This document shows, piece after piece, positions 6,233 to 15,123 of a stretch of 32,000 nucleotides of DNA; within the stretch, counting starts at the first letter, position 1, and the number at the start of each line of letters is the position of its first letter. The DNA comes from Erysipelotrichaceae bacterium OH741_COT-311 (GTDB taxonomy: Bacteria; Bacillota_I; Bacilli_A; Erysipelotrichales; Erysipelotrichaceae). The position numbers and the translations under genes are program-made. Where the stretch lies: assembly GCA_003858585.1 (NCBI GenBank), contig RQZE01000005.1, forward strand, positions 90,001-122,000. Direction: 5' to 3'. The notes beneath the pieces were generated by a model. That model was given only the letters and a program-made list of their open reading frames with translations. It ran no database searches and had not been told where the DNA came from.

Positions 6233-6242
6233 TTCTTGTCAA
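6214..6242 (-). promoter_or_regulatory. Sigma-A-type promoter of padR operon
   Basis: On the minus strand: TTGACA (6237-6242), 17-nt spacer, TATACT (6214-6219). Confidence 0.55.
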
Positions 6243-6277
6243 TGAATGGACTTTCTTCTAAATCTTACTCAGCACAT

Positions 6278-6301
6278 AAAAAAGACTGCAAAATGTAGTC
6301 T
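6278..6301 (-). terminator. Weak rho-independent terminator after the 70-aa ORF
   Basis: On the minus strand: AGACUACA-UUU-UGCAGUCU (one mismatch) followed by UUUUUUAU. Confidence 0.4.
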
Positions 6302-6331
6302 AGTGATTACTCTAAATATTATTAAAATACT

Positions 6332-6544
6332 TTATATACTTTCTTCAATGTTTCTATATCTTCTATTAAATTCTTCTTCACTAAGTTCAATAAATTCCCA
6401 AGTCAATGTATCAAGCTGATAATCAACCGATAAATCATGTAAGTACTTCCACTCTTTTGTATCTTCATCAAACGCATATATTTTAGGAAACTTTTCTTCT
6501 GTTGCCTTTAATAAGCCTCCTACTTCTGTTGTAAAATATTTCAA
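6332..6544 (-). CDS. Hypothetical acidic 70-aa protein
   Basis: TTG start at 6544, 5 nt after GGAAGAGGAAG. Translation: MKYFTTEVGGLLKATEEKFPKIYAFDEDTKEWKYLHDLSVDYQLDTLTWEFIELSEEEFNRRYRNIEESI. No family recognised. Confidence 0.45.
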   Translation of the reverse strand: MKYFTTEVGGLLKATEEKFPKIYAFDEDTKEWKYLHDLSVDYQLDTLTWEFIELSEEEFNRRYRNIEESI

Positions 6545-6702
6545 TCGTCTTCCTCTTCCTTATTCTATTCATTCTTAAGTATATTTTGTACCTTCTATTA
6601 ATATTGTATCTATATACAAGTAATACTGTAAATATCATTTGTATGATAATTGGTAATATTGAATTTAGACCAAATACGAATATCATGTTCGATATGAATA
6701 TC

Positions 6703-6735
6703 AAATAAAAACTCTTAAGCTTTTAACTTAAGAGT
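6703..6735 (-). terminator. Rho-independent terminator of the alpha-amylase gene
   Basis: Perfect 9-bp stem ACTCTTAAG / CTTAAGAGT (6711-6719 / 6727-6735) immediately after the stop, followed by TTTTTATTT on the minus strand. Confidence 0.7.
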
Positions 6736-8184
6736 CTATTCATCTTTTATAATCCAAGCGCTAACACTTCTTTCTTCCACTTTAAAGTTACCAAATCCTT
6801 CTTCGTCAATTTCAACGAATTCCTTACAATGCCCTAATGCATCATAAAATTGCTTACCTTGTAAATCATTACCAACAAACATTCTAAGACTTCCCTTACC
6901 GGCATTGCTAATTAAAACAACCAACTTATTAGGATGTTGTTGATCACCATGTCTTACAAAACCAATACAGTTTGAAGATGTAAAGTAATCATCTTGATCT
7001 CCATAGGCATATTGCTTACGTAGTTTTAATAATGTATGTAAACGTTCTTGCATGCCTGCATAAAGGCTTCCATCTCCTATTTGAAATAAATCTCCATAAA
7101 AGATACAAGGATAACCATCTTTTCTAAACAAGATTAACGCATAAGCAATTTCTTTAAACCATTCATCTATCCAAGACTCTAATGATTGTCCTTTTTGTGA
7201 GTCATGATTATCCACAAAAGTTACAGCCATAATCGGATTGGATTGCACAATTGCACCATCAAAAATCGTTCTTAAATCAAACTGTTCATACTGTTTAGAA
7301 GCACTATGTAAGTTATAATGCAACGAAACATCAAATAAATCAATCTTACCAGATGTATGCTCCATATACTTCTGCAACGCCTCTTTATTATCCACCCAAT
7401 ACTCTCCAACTAAATAAAAGTTAGGGTCTAATTCATCATGGATATAATTCACAAGATCATCCATAAATACTGCATCAATATGCTTAATGGCATCCAAACG
7501 AAATCCATCCAACTTTAATTCATTCATAATCCATTTTACCCATGAAAATAATTCTTTACGAACATCCGCATTGTTATGATCTATGTTGGAATTCATTAAA
7601 TAATCATAGTTTCCATGTTCATTGGAAACCTGAAAACTCCAACCCTTATTAAATCCGCTGATTTTAAAGATTCCCTTTTTCTGTTGAAGTTGATCATAAT
7701 CTACCCCCGAAAAATGATGAAAGTTCCATTTAAAATCTGAGTATTTATTATTACGATTTTTAAATGTAAATTTTGTCCAACCTTCTATATCACGTTCTTG
7801 TCCGATTTCATGATCACGATTATCATACGCAACCTCTATTGCTTTAAAGACTTCCGTTTCATCCGCTCCTGCTTTGTGATTTAACACAACATCGGCATAG
7901 ATCGACATACCCAAATCATGAGCTTTATCTATCAGCTTTACAAGTTCTTCTTTCGTACCATATTTTGTACGAATAGACCCTTTTTGATCAAATTCTCCTA
8001 AATCATATAAATCATAAACTCCATAACCAACATCATTACTACCCGTCCCTTTACATACCGGAGGCAGCCATATGGCACTAATCCCTAATTTTTTTAAAGT
8101 TTCTAAGCTATCATACAAACGCACATAATGCTTTCCATCATTGATGACATACCACTCAAACCCTTGTAATAACACTCCATTCAT
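6736..8184 (-). CDS. amyA: Cytoplasmic alpha-amylase, GH13 (482 aa)
   Basis: GH13 conserved regions DVVLNH, GFRLDAIKH, EYW and FVDNHD. N-terminus GVLLQGFEWY with no signal peptide. Overall resemblance to E. coli AmyA / Bacillus liquefying amylases. Confidence 0.9.
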   Translation of the reverse strand: MNGVLLQGFEWYVINDGKHYVRLYDSLETLKKLGISAIWLPPVCKGTGSNDVGYGVYDLYDLGEFDQKGSIRTKYGTKEELVKLIDKAHDLGMSIYADVVLNHKAGADETEVFKAIEVAYDNRDHEIGQERDIEGWTKFTFKNRNNKYSDFKWNFHHFSGVDYDQLQQKKGIFKISGFNKGWSFQVSNEHGNYDYLMNSNIDHNNADVRKELFSWVKWIMNELKLDGFRLDAIKHIDAVFMDDLVNYIHDELDPNFYLVGEYWVDNKEALQKYMEHTSGKIDLFDVSLHYNLHSASKQYEQFDLRTIFDGAIVQSNPIMAVTFVDNHDSQKGQSLESWIDEWFKEIAYALILFRKDGYPCIFYGDLFQIGDGSLYAGMQERLHTLLKLRKQYAYGDQDDYFTSSNCIGFVRHGDQQHPNKLVVLISNAGKGSLRMFVGNDLQGKQFYDALGHCKEFVEIDEEGFGNFKVEERSVSAWIIKDE

Positions 8185-8205
8185 AATAAACTCCTTTCAC
8201 ACAAC

Positions 8206-8232
8206 ATTAAAAATAGACACCTAAGTGTCTAT
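8206..8232 (-). terminator. Terminator-like hairpin at the end of ldh
   Basis: ATAGACAC-CTAA-GTGTCTAT (8213-8232) includes the TAG stop. ATTTTTAATG follows on the minus strand. Confidence 0.5.
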
Positions 8233-9182
8233 GCCTTTAAGATTGGATTAACAACTTCCTCAATCACCTTCGTTAATTCTTCTACAGAATGATTAAACTT
8301 CTCTTGTTCAATATCATTTAATTTTAATTTAATCACTTCACGAATACCACTTCTATTTACAACAGCAGGAACCCCAATATAAATACCATGTTTACCATAT
8401 TGTCCTTCTTGATATACACTCAATGGTAAAATTGTATTTTCGTTATTTAAAATCGCTGTCACTAAACGAACTAAAGCCATTCCAATTCCATAATATGTGG
8501 CTTTTTTACGCTCAATAATATGATAAGCCGCATCACGAACTTCTTGATAAATATCCAATAAGCCATTAAAGTCAATATTACGTTCTTCAATTTCCTCTAA
8601 TAAACTCTTAACACCCACATACGCATGCGTCCAAGGAACAAAACTACTATCCCCATGTTCACCCATGATATAAGCATGGATATTGCTATAGTTTACTTGT
8701 AGATATTCACCTAACATATAACGTAAACGAGCCGTATCTAACATAGTACCAGAACCAAATACCTGATGCTTAGGTAAACCTGTCGCAACCTGTGCAACAT
8801 ATGTCATAATATCACAAGGATTACTTGCAACAACAAGGACACCATTAAAGCCACTTGCTTTGATTTGCTCTCCTATACTCTTCATAATTTTTGTATTAAT
8901 TTCTGTAAGTTCTAAACGAGTTTGTCCGGGACGTTGTGCTGCACCAGCTGTACAAATAATCACATTGGCATCACTACAATCTTGATAAGTACCTGCATGG
9001 ATGTACATTTTTCCACTTGCATAAGGCATCGCATGCGATAAATCCATTGCTTCCCCTTCTGCCTTTTCCATTACAACATCAATCAACACCAATTCATCAA
9101 TACCCTTTTGAGCAATTAATGAATAAGCCATACTCATACCAACAAATCCCGTACCAATTAAAACTACTTTTCTATTTGCCAT
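8229..9182 (-). CDS. ldh: L-lactate dehydrogenase (317 aa)
   Basis: Rossmann motif VVLIGTGFVGMS, substrate/catalytic motifs GEHGDS and DTARLR, and typical length. Confidence 0.95.
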   Translation of the reverse strand: MANRKVVLIGTGFVGMSMAYSLIAQKGIDELVLIDVVMEKAEGEAMDLSHAMPYASGKMYIHAGTYQDCSDANVIICTAGAAQRPGQTRLELTEINTKIMKSIGEQIKASGFNGVLVVASNPCDIMTYVAQVATGLPKHQVFGSGTMLDTARLRYMLGEYLQVNYSNIHAYIMGEHGDSSFVPWTHAYVGVKSLLEEIEERNIDFNGLLDIYQEVRDAAYHIIERKKATYYGIGMALVRLVTAILNNENTILPLSVYQEGQYGKHGIYIGVPAVVNRSGIREVIKLKLNDIEQEKFNHSVEELTKVIEEVVNPILKA

Positions 9183-9199
9183 ATTTTCACCTCATACTA

Positions 9200-9208
9200 A
9201 GTATACCA
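9200..9208 (-). promoter_or_regulatory. Extended -10 element (TGgTATACT) upstream of ldh
   Basis: The minus strand reads TGGTATACT 17 nt upstream of the ldh ATG region (SD GAGGTG). No good -35. Confidence 0.35.
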
Positions 9209-9292
9209 TATCTAACATTTCTGTAATAAAATATGCTTCTTATTTGACAAATTGACTTGAAAGCCTTATGTTAAATAAAAAGGGAGAACAGT

Positions 9293-9778
9293 ATGAAATT
9301 ATATGATATTACAGTAAAAAACAAGAAACAAGAAGATATTAGTTTAAACCAGTATACAGGAAAGGTACTTTTAATTGTAAATACCGCTACTCACTGTGGA
9401 TTTACCAATCAATATACACAACTTCAACAACTTCATGATACTTACCACAACCAAGGTTTAGCTATTTTAGATTTTCCTTGCAATCAATTTAAACATCAAG
9501 CTCCGGGAAGCGATGAAGAAATCAGTCAATTTTGCAGTTTAAACTATGGTGTTACCTTTGATCAATTCGCCAAGATTGATGTCAATGGAGAAAACGAAGA
9601 TCCTCTTTATACATTCCTTAAATCAGAAAAAACAGGACTCTTTAACGAAGAAATCAAATGGAATTTTACAAAATTCCTAGTAGATCGTAAAGGAAATGTC
9701 GTAAAACGCTATGCCCCAACAACCAATCCACTTGAAATAGAAAAAGACATTGTAACTCTTCTTCAACAAGGAGAATAA
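9293..9778 (+). CDS. gpx: Glutathione peroxidase family protein (Cys-type)
   Basis: Motifs NTATHCGFT (peroxidatic Cys), FPCNQF and WNFTKFLVDR. SD GGGAG upstream. A possible promoter TTGACA-17-TATGTT starts at about 9243. Confidence 0.9.
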   Translation: MKLYDITVKNKKQEDISLNQYTGKVLLIVNTATHCGFTNQYTQLQQLHDTYHNQGLAILDFPCNQFKHQAPGSDEEISQFCSLNYGVTFDQFAKIDVNGENEDPLYTFLKSEKTGLFNEEIKWNFTKFLVDRKGNVVKRYAPTTNPLEIEKDIVTLLQQGE

Positions 9779-9779
9779 T

Positions 9780-10715
9780 GTGTTGAAAAAAGAAATTTAT
9801 TTGGCTGGAGGTTGTTTTTGGGGCATTGAAAAACTAGCCAGCAAACTACACGGTGTCATAGAAGCTTACAGCGGTTATGCTAATGGAGATACACCAAATC
9901 CAACCTATCAAGAAGTATGCCAACAACACACCGGCTACAAAGAAACGGTACAAGTTATTTATGATTCAGAAAAAACCAATCTGGAATCCATTCTAGCAAG
10001 TTATTTTTATGTAATTGATCCAACAGTGAAACATCGTCAAGGCAATGACATCGGACCACAATATCAAACCGGTATATATTACCACCTTGAAGATGAAGCA
10101 AACGTTTTGGCTTATGTCCAAGAATATCAAAAAGATATAGTAAACTTTTCCGTTGAAGTAGAACCACTACGAAACTTCTACAAAGCAGAAGAATATCACC
10201 AAAAGTATTTAACAAAAAATCCGGATGGTTATTGTCATTTAAGTAACGCTAAGATTGAAGAAGCAGCAAAGTTACGTGTCTATAAAAAAGACTTAGATAC
10301 AATTAAAAAACTGGATGATGAAGCTTTCAAAGTTACCCAATTAAATGGGACTGAATATCCCTTTACCGGTAAATATTATGAGTTTGATGAAAAAGGGATC
10401 TATGTAGACATTGTTAGTAAAGAACCTTTATTCTCTTCTTTAGACAAATATCACAGTAGTTGTGGTTGGCCAGCCTTTACTAAACCGATTGAACAAAGAG
10501 CTACAAAAGAACGCATGGATACTTCTTGCAATATGATACGTACCGAAGTACGCTCACGCTTTGGTGATAGTCATTTAGGCCATGTTTTTACAATGGACCC
10601 TGAATCACCGAATCAAATACGCTACTGCATCAATTCCGCTTCTTTACTCTTTATCCCTTATGATAAATTGGAAGAAGAAGGATATGGGCAATATAAACAC
10701 TTATTTGAAAAGTAA
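9780..10715 (+). CDS. msrAB: Fused methionine sulfoxide reductase MsrA-MsrB
   Basis: N-terminal MsrA motif GGCFWG. C-terminal MsrB/SelR motifs CGWPAF, GHVF and RYCINS. GTG start 1 nt after the gpx stop, with SD AAGGAG. Confidence 0.9.
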   Translation: MLKKEIYLAGGCFWGIEKLASKLHGVIEAYSGYANGDTPNPTYQEVCQQHTGYKETVQVIYDSEKTNLESILASYFYVIDPTVKHRQGNDIGPQYQTGIYYHLEDEANVLAYVQEYQKDIVNFSVEVEPLRNFYKAEEYHQKYLTKNPDGYCHLSNAKIEEAAKLRVYKKDLDTIKKLDDEAFKVTQLNGTEYPFTGKYYEFDEKGIYVDIVSKEPLFSSLDKYHSSCGWPAFTKPIEQRATKERMDTSCNMIRTEVRSRFGDSHLGHVFTMDPESPNQIRYCINSASLLFIPYDKLEEEGYGQYKHLFEK

Positions 10716-10739
10716 AAGATGTCTTAGACATCTTTTTTT
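10715..10739 (+). terminator. Convergent (bidirectional) terminator between msrAB and the MFS gene
   Basis: AAAGATGTC-TTA-GACATCTTT followed by TTTT. The loop TTA is the MFS stop codon on the other strand. Confidence 0.65.
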
Positions 10740-11875
10740 ACGTTACGATTCCAAAGTAATAATATAAATGCCACCATCGAAGCAAAAGCTCCAAACAATA
10801 TTGTCGCATTTACATGGATATAAGTAGTCATTAATCCACCCAGAAATGGTACCAACAATGCCGGACCTCCTACAGAAACACTTTGCGCAAACAATTGTCC
10901 AGATGTTTTTAAGCCCTCCGGTGATAAATCATACAATAAATATTTTTGTGACATCAACAACAATGGATAGGTACCAATTTGTAAGACTGTCATATAAATC
11001 ATAGCCCTTGGACTATCTGCATACGCAAAACATACAAACTGTACAGCATACATAACACAAGCTACTTTAATCATGTGTTTAGGTGGTAATTTTCTTAAAA
11101 GATAAAATCCAAAAATAAAAATAGGAATTTCAATCAACCCTTGTATCGAATTACGCAAACCAATTTCATAACTTGTTGCATTCAATACCACTAACTTTTC
11201 AACAACCCCATACGTATTTAACGTCTGTGTTGTATTCACTAAGAATAATACCACTAATAAAATGACATAATCTTTCTTTTTAATCAACTTGATATAATCT
11301 GAAAGTTGTACTTGAATATGCGGTTGCTTCTGTACATCTTGTAGCAAACTACCGATACCCACCAACAATAAACACAACATCAAGATACTCAAACCCAAAC
11401 TTGGATATTGAAAATGCACAATGATATAAGAAACCAATAAACTACCAATTCCCCATCCCAGTGATCCAAATGCTCGAATAAAACTATATGTTTTTCTTAA
11501 ATACTCACTGGATTCTAATACCCAACTATCTAAAAATCCAAAACTTAAATTAAAGAAACTATTTAACAACGAAACTAAGATACAAGTAATAATGAATGTA
11601 GATACTTCATAACGATAAACAATATAAGATACACTACCAAAGACAAGCAATACGATAATAAACAAACGTTTAATCGTTTTAAAGTGATCACTTAGGTAAC
11701 CGGCAACCATCTGTAAGATAATAGTTACAACAGCAGATACGGAAATAATCACACCCTTTTCAAAGGCATTGTACCCTAAAGTTGTTAAATAAGGTATTAA
11801 TTGTGAAATACTAAAAGAATAGCTAATAAAGGCTAAAAAATAGACAATGGAAAATAAACCTACATGACGTTTCAT
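10724..11875 (-). CDS. MFS transporter (383 aa, ~12 TM), substrate unknown
   Basis: Hydrophobic throughout. LacY/MFS_1-like loop motif GYLSDHFKTIKR after TM2. SD AAGGAGG. Confidence 0.8.
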   Translation of the reverse strand: MKRHVGLFSIVYFLAFISYSFSISQLIPYLTTLGYNAFEKGVIISVSAVVTIILQMVAGYLSDHFKTIKRLFIIVLLVFGSVSYIVYRYEVSTFIITCILVSLLNSFFNLSFGFLDSWVLESSEYLRKTYSFIRAFGSLGWGIGSLLVSYIIVHFQYPSLGLSILMLCLLLVGIGSLLQDVQKQPHIQVQLSDYIKLIKKKDYVILLVVLFLVNTTQTLNTYGVVEKLVVLNATSYEIGLRNSIQGLIEIPIFIFGFYLLRKLPPKHMIKVACVMYAVQFVCFAYADSPRAMIYMTVLQIGTYPLLLMSQKYLLYDLSPEGLKTSGQLFAQSVSVGGPALLVPFLGGLMTTYIHVNATILFGAFASMVAFILLLWNRNVKKDV

Positions 11876-11887
11876 ACTTCCTCCTTT

Positions 11888-11922
11888 TAAAAAAGTAGAA
11901 GCTACATTCGATTTCTTCTACT
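11888..11922 (-). terminator. Terminator/attenuator-like hairpin at the pflA-MFS junction
   Basis: On the minus strand: AGTAGAAG-N13-CTTCTACT followed by TTTTTT, running straight into the MFS SD. The upstream arm of the stem lies inside the pflA 3' end. Confidence 0.4.
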
Positions 11923-12645
11923 TTCACGATACCCCTTTAAAACAATATTACGTGCTTGTAGTGCATCATCCTTTGATGTTTCCTTTGTATCTTTTAATGG
12001 ATACTCTAAATTCATCTGTTGATATTTTACAATCCCCATTGTATGATACGGTAATACATCAATCGCTTTTACATTATTTAACGTTCCTAAAAATAACCCT
12101 AATTGATATAAATATTCTTCCTTATACGTAATATCATAAACCACCACATGACGAATCCAAACAGGAATTTGATGATCGCTTAAATAACGTGCAAACGCTA
12201 AAACCGGATCTAATTTCTGTTGCGTTAATTCTACATGACCCTTTGGATCAATATGCTTAATATCCAATAAAACTAAATCGGTATATTTTATTAACTCATC
12301 AAACTTCTCTTTTGTTTTTTCACTAAAAGTAATCCCAGAGGTATCCAGTGCAGTATGTACTTGATGTTGCTTTAAGTATTTAAATAACTCTGTTACAAAC
12401 TCAATCTGCATAAGTGGCTCCCCACCTGTTACCGTAACACCACCATCTTTATAAAACGACTGATTATTATAAAATCCTTTTAGTACTTCTTCTACTTCCA
12501 TTTGTTGACCAGTATTCATTTGCCATGTATCTGGATTATGGCAATACTTACAACGCAATGGACATCCCTGCATAAACACGACATAACGTATTCCAGGACC
12601 ATCCACCGTCCCAAATGTTTCTATAGAGTGTATATACCCCTTCAT
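11902..12645 (-). CDS. pflA: Pyruvate formate-lyase activating enzyme (radical SAM)
   Basis: GTVDGPGIRYVVFMQGCPLRCKYCHNPDTW (CX3CX2C), GGVTVTGGEPL, 247 aa. Confidence 0.95.
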   Translation of the reverse strand: MKGYIHSIETFGTVDGPGIRYVVFMQGCPLRCKYCHNPDTWQMNTGQQMEVEEVLKGFYNNQSFYKDGGVTVTGGEPLMQIEFVTELFKYLKQHQVHTALDTSGITFSEKTKEKFDELIKYTDLVLLDIKHIDPKGHVELTQQKLDPVLAFARYLSDHQIPVWIRHVVVYDITYKEEYLYQLGLFLGTLNNVKAIDVLPYHTMGIVKYQQMNLEYPLKDTKETSKDDALQARNIVLKGYRESRRNRM

Positions 12646-12654
12646 AAAACCTCC

Positions 12655-12685
12655 AAAAAGTAAGCACAGGTCTTAGCCTGTGCTT
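12655..12685 (-). terminator. Terminator/attenuator hairpin between the glycyl-radical subunit gene and pflA
   Basis: On the minus strand: AAGCACAGG-N6-CCTGTGCTT followed by ACTTTTT, then the pflA SD GGAGG. Confidence 0.5.
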
Positions 12686-12690
12686 TTCAA

Positions 12691-12933
12691 TTACATTTTG
12701 CCGTGGAAAGTACGAGCAATTACATCATCTTGTTGTTCTTTTGTCAACTTGATGAAGTTTACAGCATATCCAGAAACACGCACAGTTAATTGTGGATAGT
12801 TTTCAGGATGTGCTTGAGCATCTAATAATGTTTCTTTTGTAAAAACATTAACGTTTAGGTGGTGTCCACCTTTTTCTACGTATCCATCTAACATAGATAC
12901 TAAGTTTTGAATTTGTTGTTTGCTAGGTTCCAT
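12691..12933 (-). CDS. Glycyl-radical domain small subunit of a split pyruvate formate-lyase (GrcA/YfiD-like, 80 aa)
   Basis: Contains the glycyl-radical fingerprint [15 protein letters not shown] and [12 protein letters not shown] 12933 lies 7 nt after AAGGAG and 4 nt after the stop of the large ORF. Confidence 0.85.
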   Translation of the reverse strand: MEPSKQQIQNLVSMLDGYVEKGGHHLNVNVFTKETLLDAQAHPENYPQLTVRVSGYAVNFIKLTKEQQDDVIARTFHGKM

Positions 12934-12937
12934 CTTT

Positions 12938-15043
12938 CTACTCCTTTTCTATTCCTTCCGTTAAATTTGGAATCTGACATGCACTTTGTGTGCAATCGCA
13001 TAAATCAATATCTAAATCTCCGACAAAGATTTGATCATCTTTACCCAGAGCCCCAGGAATCACTGAGAATGTATTTGAAATACCATCTTGTGCATCACCA
13101 TAAGGAAGTTTTGCAACTGACGCTAATGAAGCTAAAGCTCCATGAGAATCACGACCATGCATTGGGTTTGCCCCCGGTGCAAATGGTTCTCCTTGTCTTC
13201 TTCCATCCGGTGTATTTCCTGTTTTCTTACCATAAACTACATTTGACGTAATCGTTAAGATTGAAGTTGTTGGATATCCATTACGATATGTTTGATGCTT
13301 ACGAATTTTATTCATAAACTTACTTACGATTTCAACCGCAATGTTATCTACATCATCTACGTTATTTCCATACTTAGGATAATCGCCTTCCACTTCATAA
13401 TCAACAACAACGCCATTTTCATTACGAACACATTTTACTTTTGCATACTTAATTGCACTCAATGAATCCGCAACTACTGATAAACCAGCGATACCTGTTG
13501 CAAAATAACGTTTTACTTCACGATCATGTAACGCCATTTGAATACGCTCATAACAATATTTATCATGCATGTAATGAATAACATTCAATGTATTTACATA
13601 CAATTCAGCTAACCATTCCATCATATCATCAAACTTCGCCATAACATCTTCATAATTTAAGATGTCATCTGTAACCGCACGATACTTAGGACCAACTTGA
13701 ATTAATAGCTTTTCATCTACCCCACCATTAATCGCATATAGTAAACATTTCGCTAAGTTAGCACGAGCACCGAAGAATTGCATTTCCTTACCAACACGCA
13801 TACTAGATACACAACATGCAATAGCATAATCATCACCATGTGTTTCTCTCATCATGTCATCATTTTCATATTGAATGGAACTTGATTTGATACTCATTTT
13901 AGCACAATACTCTTTAAAGTTTTGTGGGAAATGACGAGACCATAATACCGTTAAGTTTGGCTCCGGAGCTGTACCTAAGTTATCTAAGGTATGTAGGTAT
14001 CTGAAACTTGTCTTTGTAACAAGTGGACGACCATCCATACCCATACCACCCAATGATTCTGTTACCCAAGTTGGATCTCCTGAGAATAATGCATTGTACT
14101 CTGGAGTTCTTGCAAACTTGATTAAACGCAACTTCATAATAAAGTGGTCAATATATTCTTGTGCTTGTTCTTCAGTAATCAAACCGGCATCTAAATCTCT
14201 TTTAATGAAAATATCTAAGAATGTACTTGTACGACCTAAACTCATTGCCGCACCATTTTGTTCCTTAACCGCAGCTAAGTAACCAAAGTACAACCATTGA
14301 ACAGCCTCTTGTGCCGTTTTTGCAGGTTTAGAAATATCATAACCATAAATTTCACCAAGCTTAGCTAATTCTTTTAATGCACGAATTTGTTCAGATAATT
14401 CTTCTCTTAAACGAATTACATCTTCTGTCATCGTTGTTTTATATGTCGCTAATTGCTCTTTTTTATCTTCAATTAACTTATCTGTACCGTAAAGTGCTAC
14501 ACGACGATAGTCCCCAATAATACGACCTCTACCATAAGCATCAGGTAAACCTGTAATAATTGCAGATTTACGAGCCAAACGCATTTCATCACTATACGCA
14601 TCAAATACACCTTGGTTATGTGTCTTACGATACTTTGTAAAAATTTCTGTTACTTCCGGATCTACATGATATCCATAAGCTTCTGCTGCAGCTTCTGCCA
14701 TACGAATACCACCAAATGGTTGAAGTGAACGTTTAAATGGTTTCTCTGTTTGAAAACCAACAATTGTTTCTAATTCTTTGTTTAAATACCCTGCATCATG
14801 CGAAGTAATACTAGATACGACTTTAGAATCTAAATCCCAAATACCGCCTCGTTCTCTTTCTTCTTTCATAAGTACTAACACTTGTTGCCACAATGCTTTT
14901 GTAGCCTCTGTAGGTTTTGCTAAGAAAGAATCATCTCCTTCATAAGGAGTGTAATTTCTTTGAATGAAATCCCTAACATCAACTTTTTTACTCCAGGTAC
15001 CAGCTTTAAAGCCTTCCCAATTTTCATGCCACTTACTTTCCAT
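12938..15043 (-). CDS. pflB: Pyruvate formate-lyase catalytic core (formate C-acetyltransferase) lacking the glycyl-radical domain (701 aa)
   Basis: N-terminus [30 protein letters not shown] and active-site [10 protein letters not shown]. It ends ...[11 protein letters not shown] plus a non-homologous 30-aa tail and TAG. Confidence 0.9.
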   Translation of the reverse strand: MESKWHENWEGFKAGTWSKKVDVRDFIQRNYTPYEGDDSFLAKPTEATKALWQQVLVLMKEERERGGIWDLDSKVVSSITSHDAGYLNKELETIVGFQTEKPFKRSLQPFGGIRMAEAAAEAYGYHVDPEVTEIFTKYRKTHNQGVFDAYSDEMRLARKSAIITGLPDAYGRGRIIGDYRRVALYGTDKLIEDKKEQLATYKTTMTEDVIRLREELSEQIRALKELAKLGEIYGYDISKPAKTAQEAVQWLYFGYLAAVKEQNGAAMSLGRTSTFLDIFIKRDLDAGLITEEQAQEYIDHFIMKLRLIKFARTPEYNALFSGDPTWVTESLGGMGMDGRPLVTKTSFRYLHTLDNLGTAPEPNLTVLWSRHFPQNFKEYCAKMSIKSSSIQYENDDMMRETHGDDYAIACCVSSMRVGKEMQFFGARANLAKCLLYAINGGVDEKLLIQVGPKYRAVTDDILNYEDVMAKFDDMMEWLAELYVNTLNVIHYMHDKYCYERIQMALHDREVKRYFATGIAGLSVVADSLSAIKYAKVKCVRNENGVVVDYEVEGDYPKYGNNVDDVDNIAVEIVSKFMNKIRKHQTYRNGYPTTSILTITSNVVYGKKTGNTPDGRRQGEPFAPGANPMHGRDSHGALASLASVAKLPYGDAQDGISNTFSVIPGALGKDDQIFVGDLDIDLCDCTQSACQIPNLTEGIEKE

Positions 15044-15072
15044 ATTACCTCCACAATCGTTTATACTCTAAA

Positions 15073-15101
15073 ATTATAATTTTTTAACAAGTGTAAGTCA
15101 A
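15073..15101 (-). promoter_or_regulatory. Near-consensus sigma-A promoter of the pfl cluster
   Basis: On the minus strand: TTGACT (15096-15101), 17-nt spacer, TATAAT (15073-15078), 29 nt upstream of the pflB ATG (SD GGAGG). Confidence 0.6.
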
Positions 15102-15123
15102 GGAACACTATACATGTAAGCCC

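Noticed and set aside
6483-6704. 73-aa ORF (MIFISNMIFVFGLNS...) upstream of, and overlapping, the 70-aa ORF.
   Set aside because: - No SD precedes either candidate start.
- It begins inside the amylase terminator tail.
- Its C-terminal half is a basic read-through of the next gene's promoter and SD region.

It is probably a chance ORF in AT-rich DNA.
12934-12940. The PFL split as a sequencing error, simple nonsense mutation or pseudogene.
   Set aside because: - The break is not a point lesion. About 100 nt of non-homologous sequence carries an in-frame tail, a stop, a well-spaced AAGGAG and an ATG.
- Both parts keep all catalytic motifs.
- The downstream activase is intact.

I therefore treat it as a real split gene, pending comparative data.
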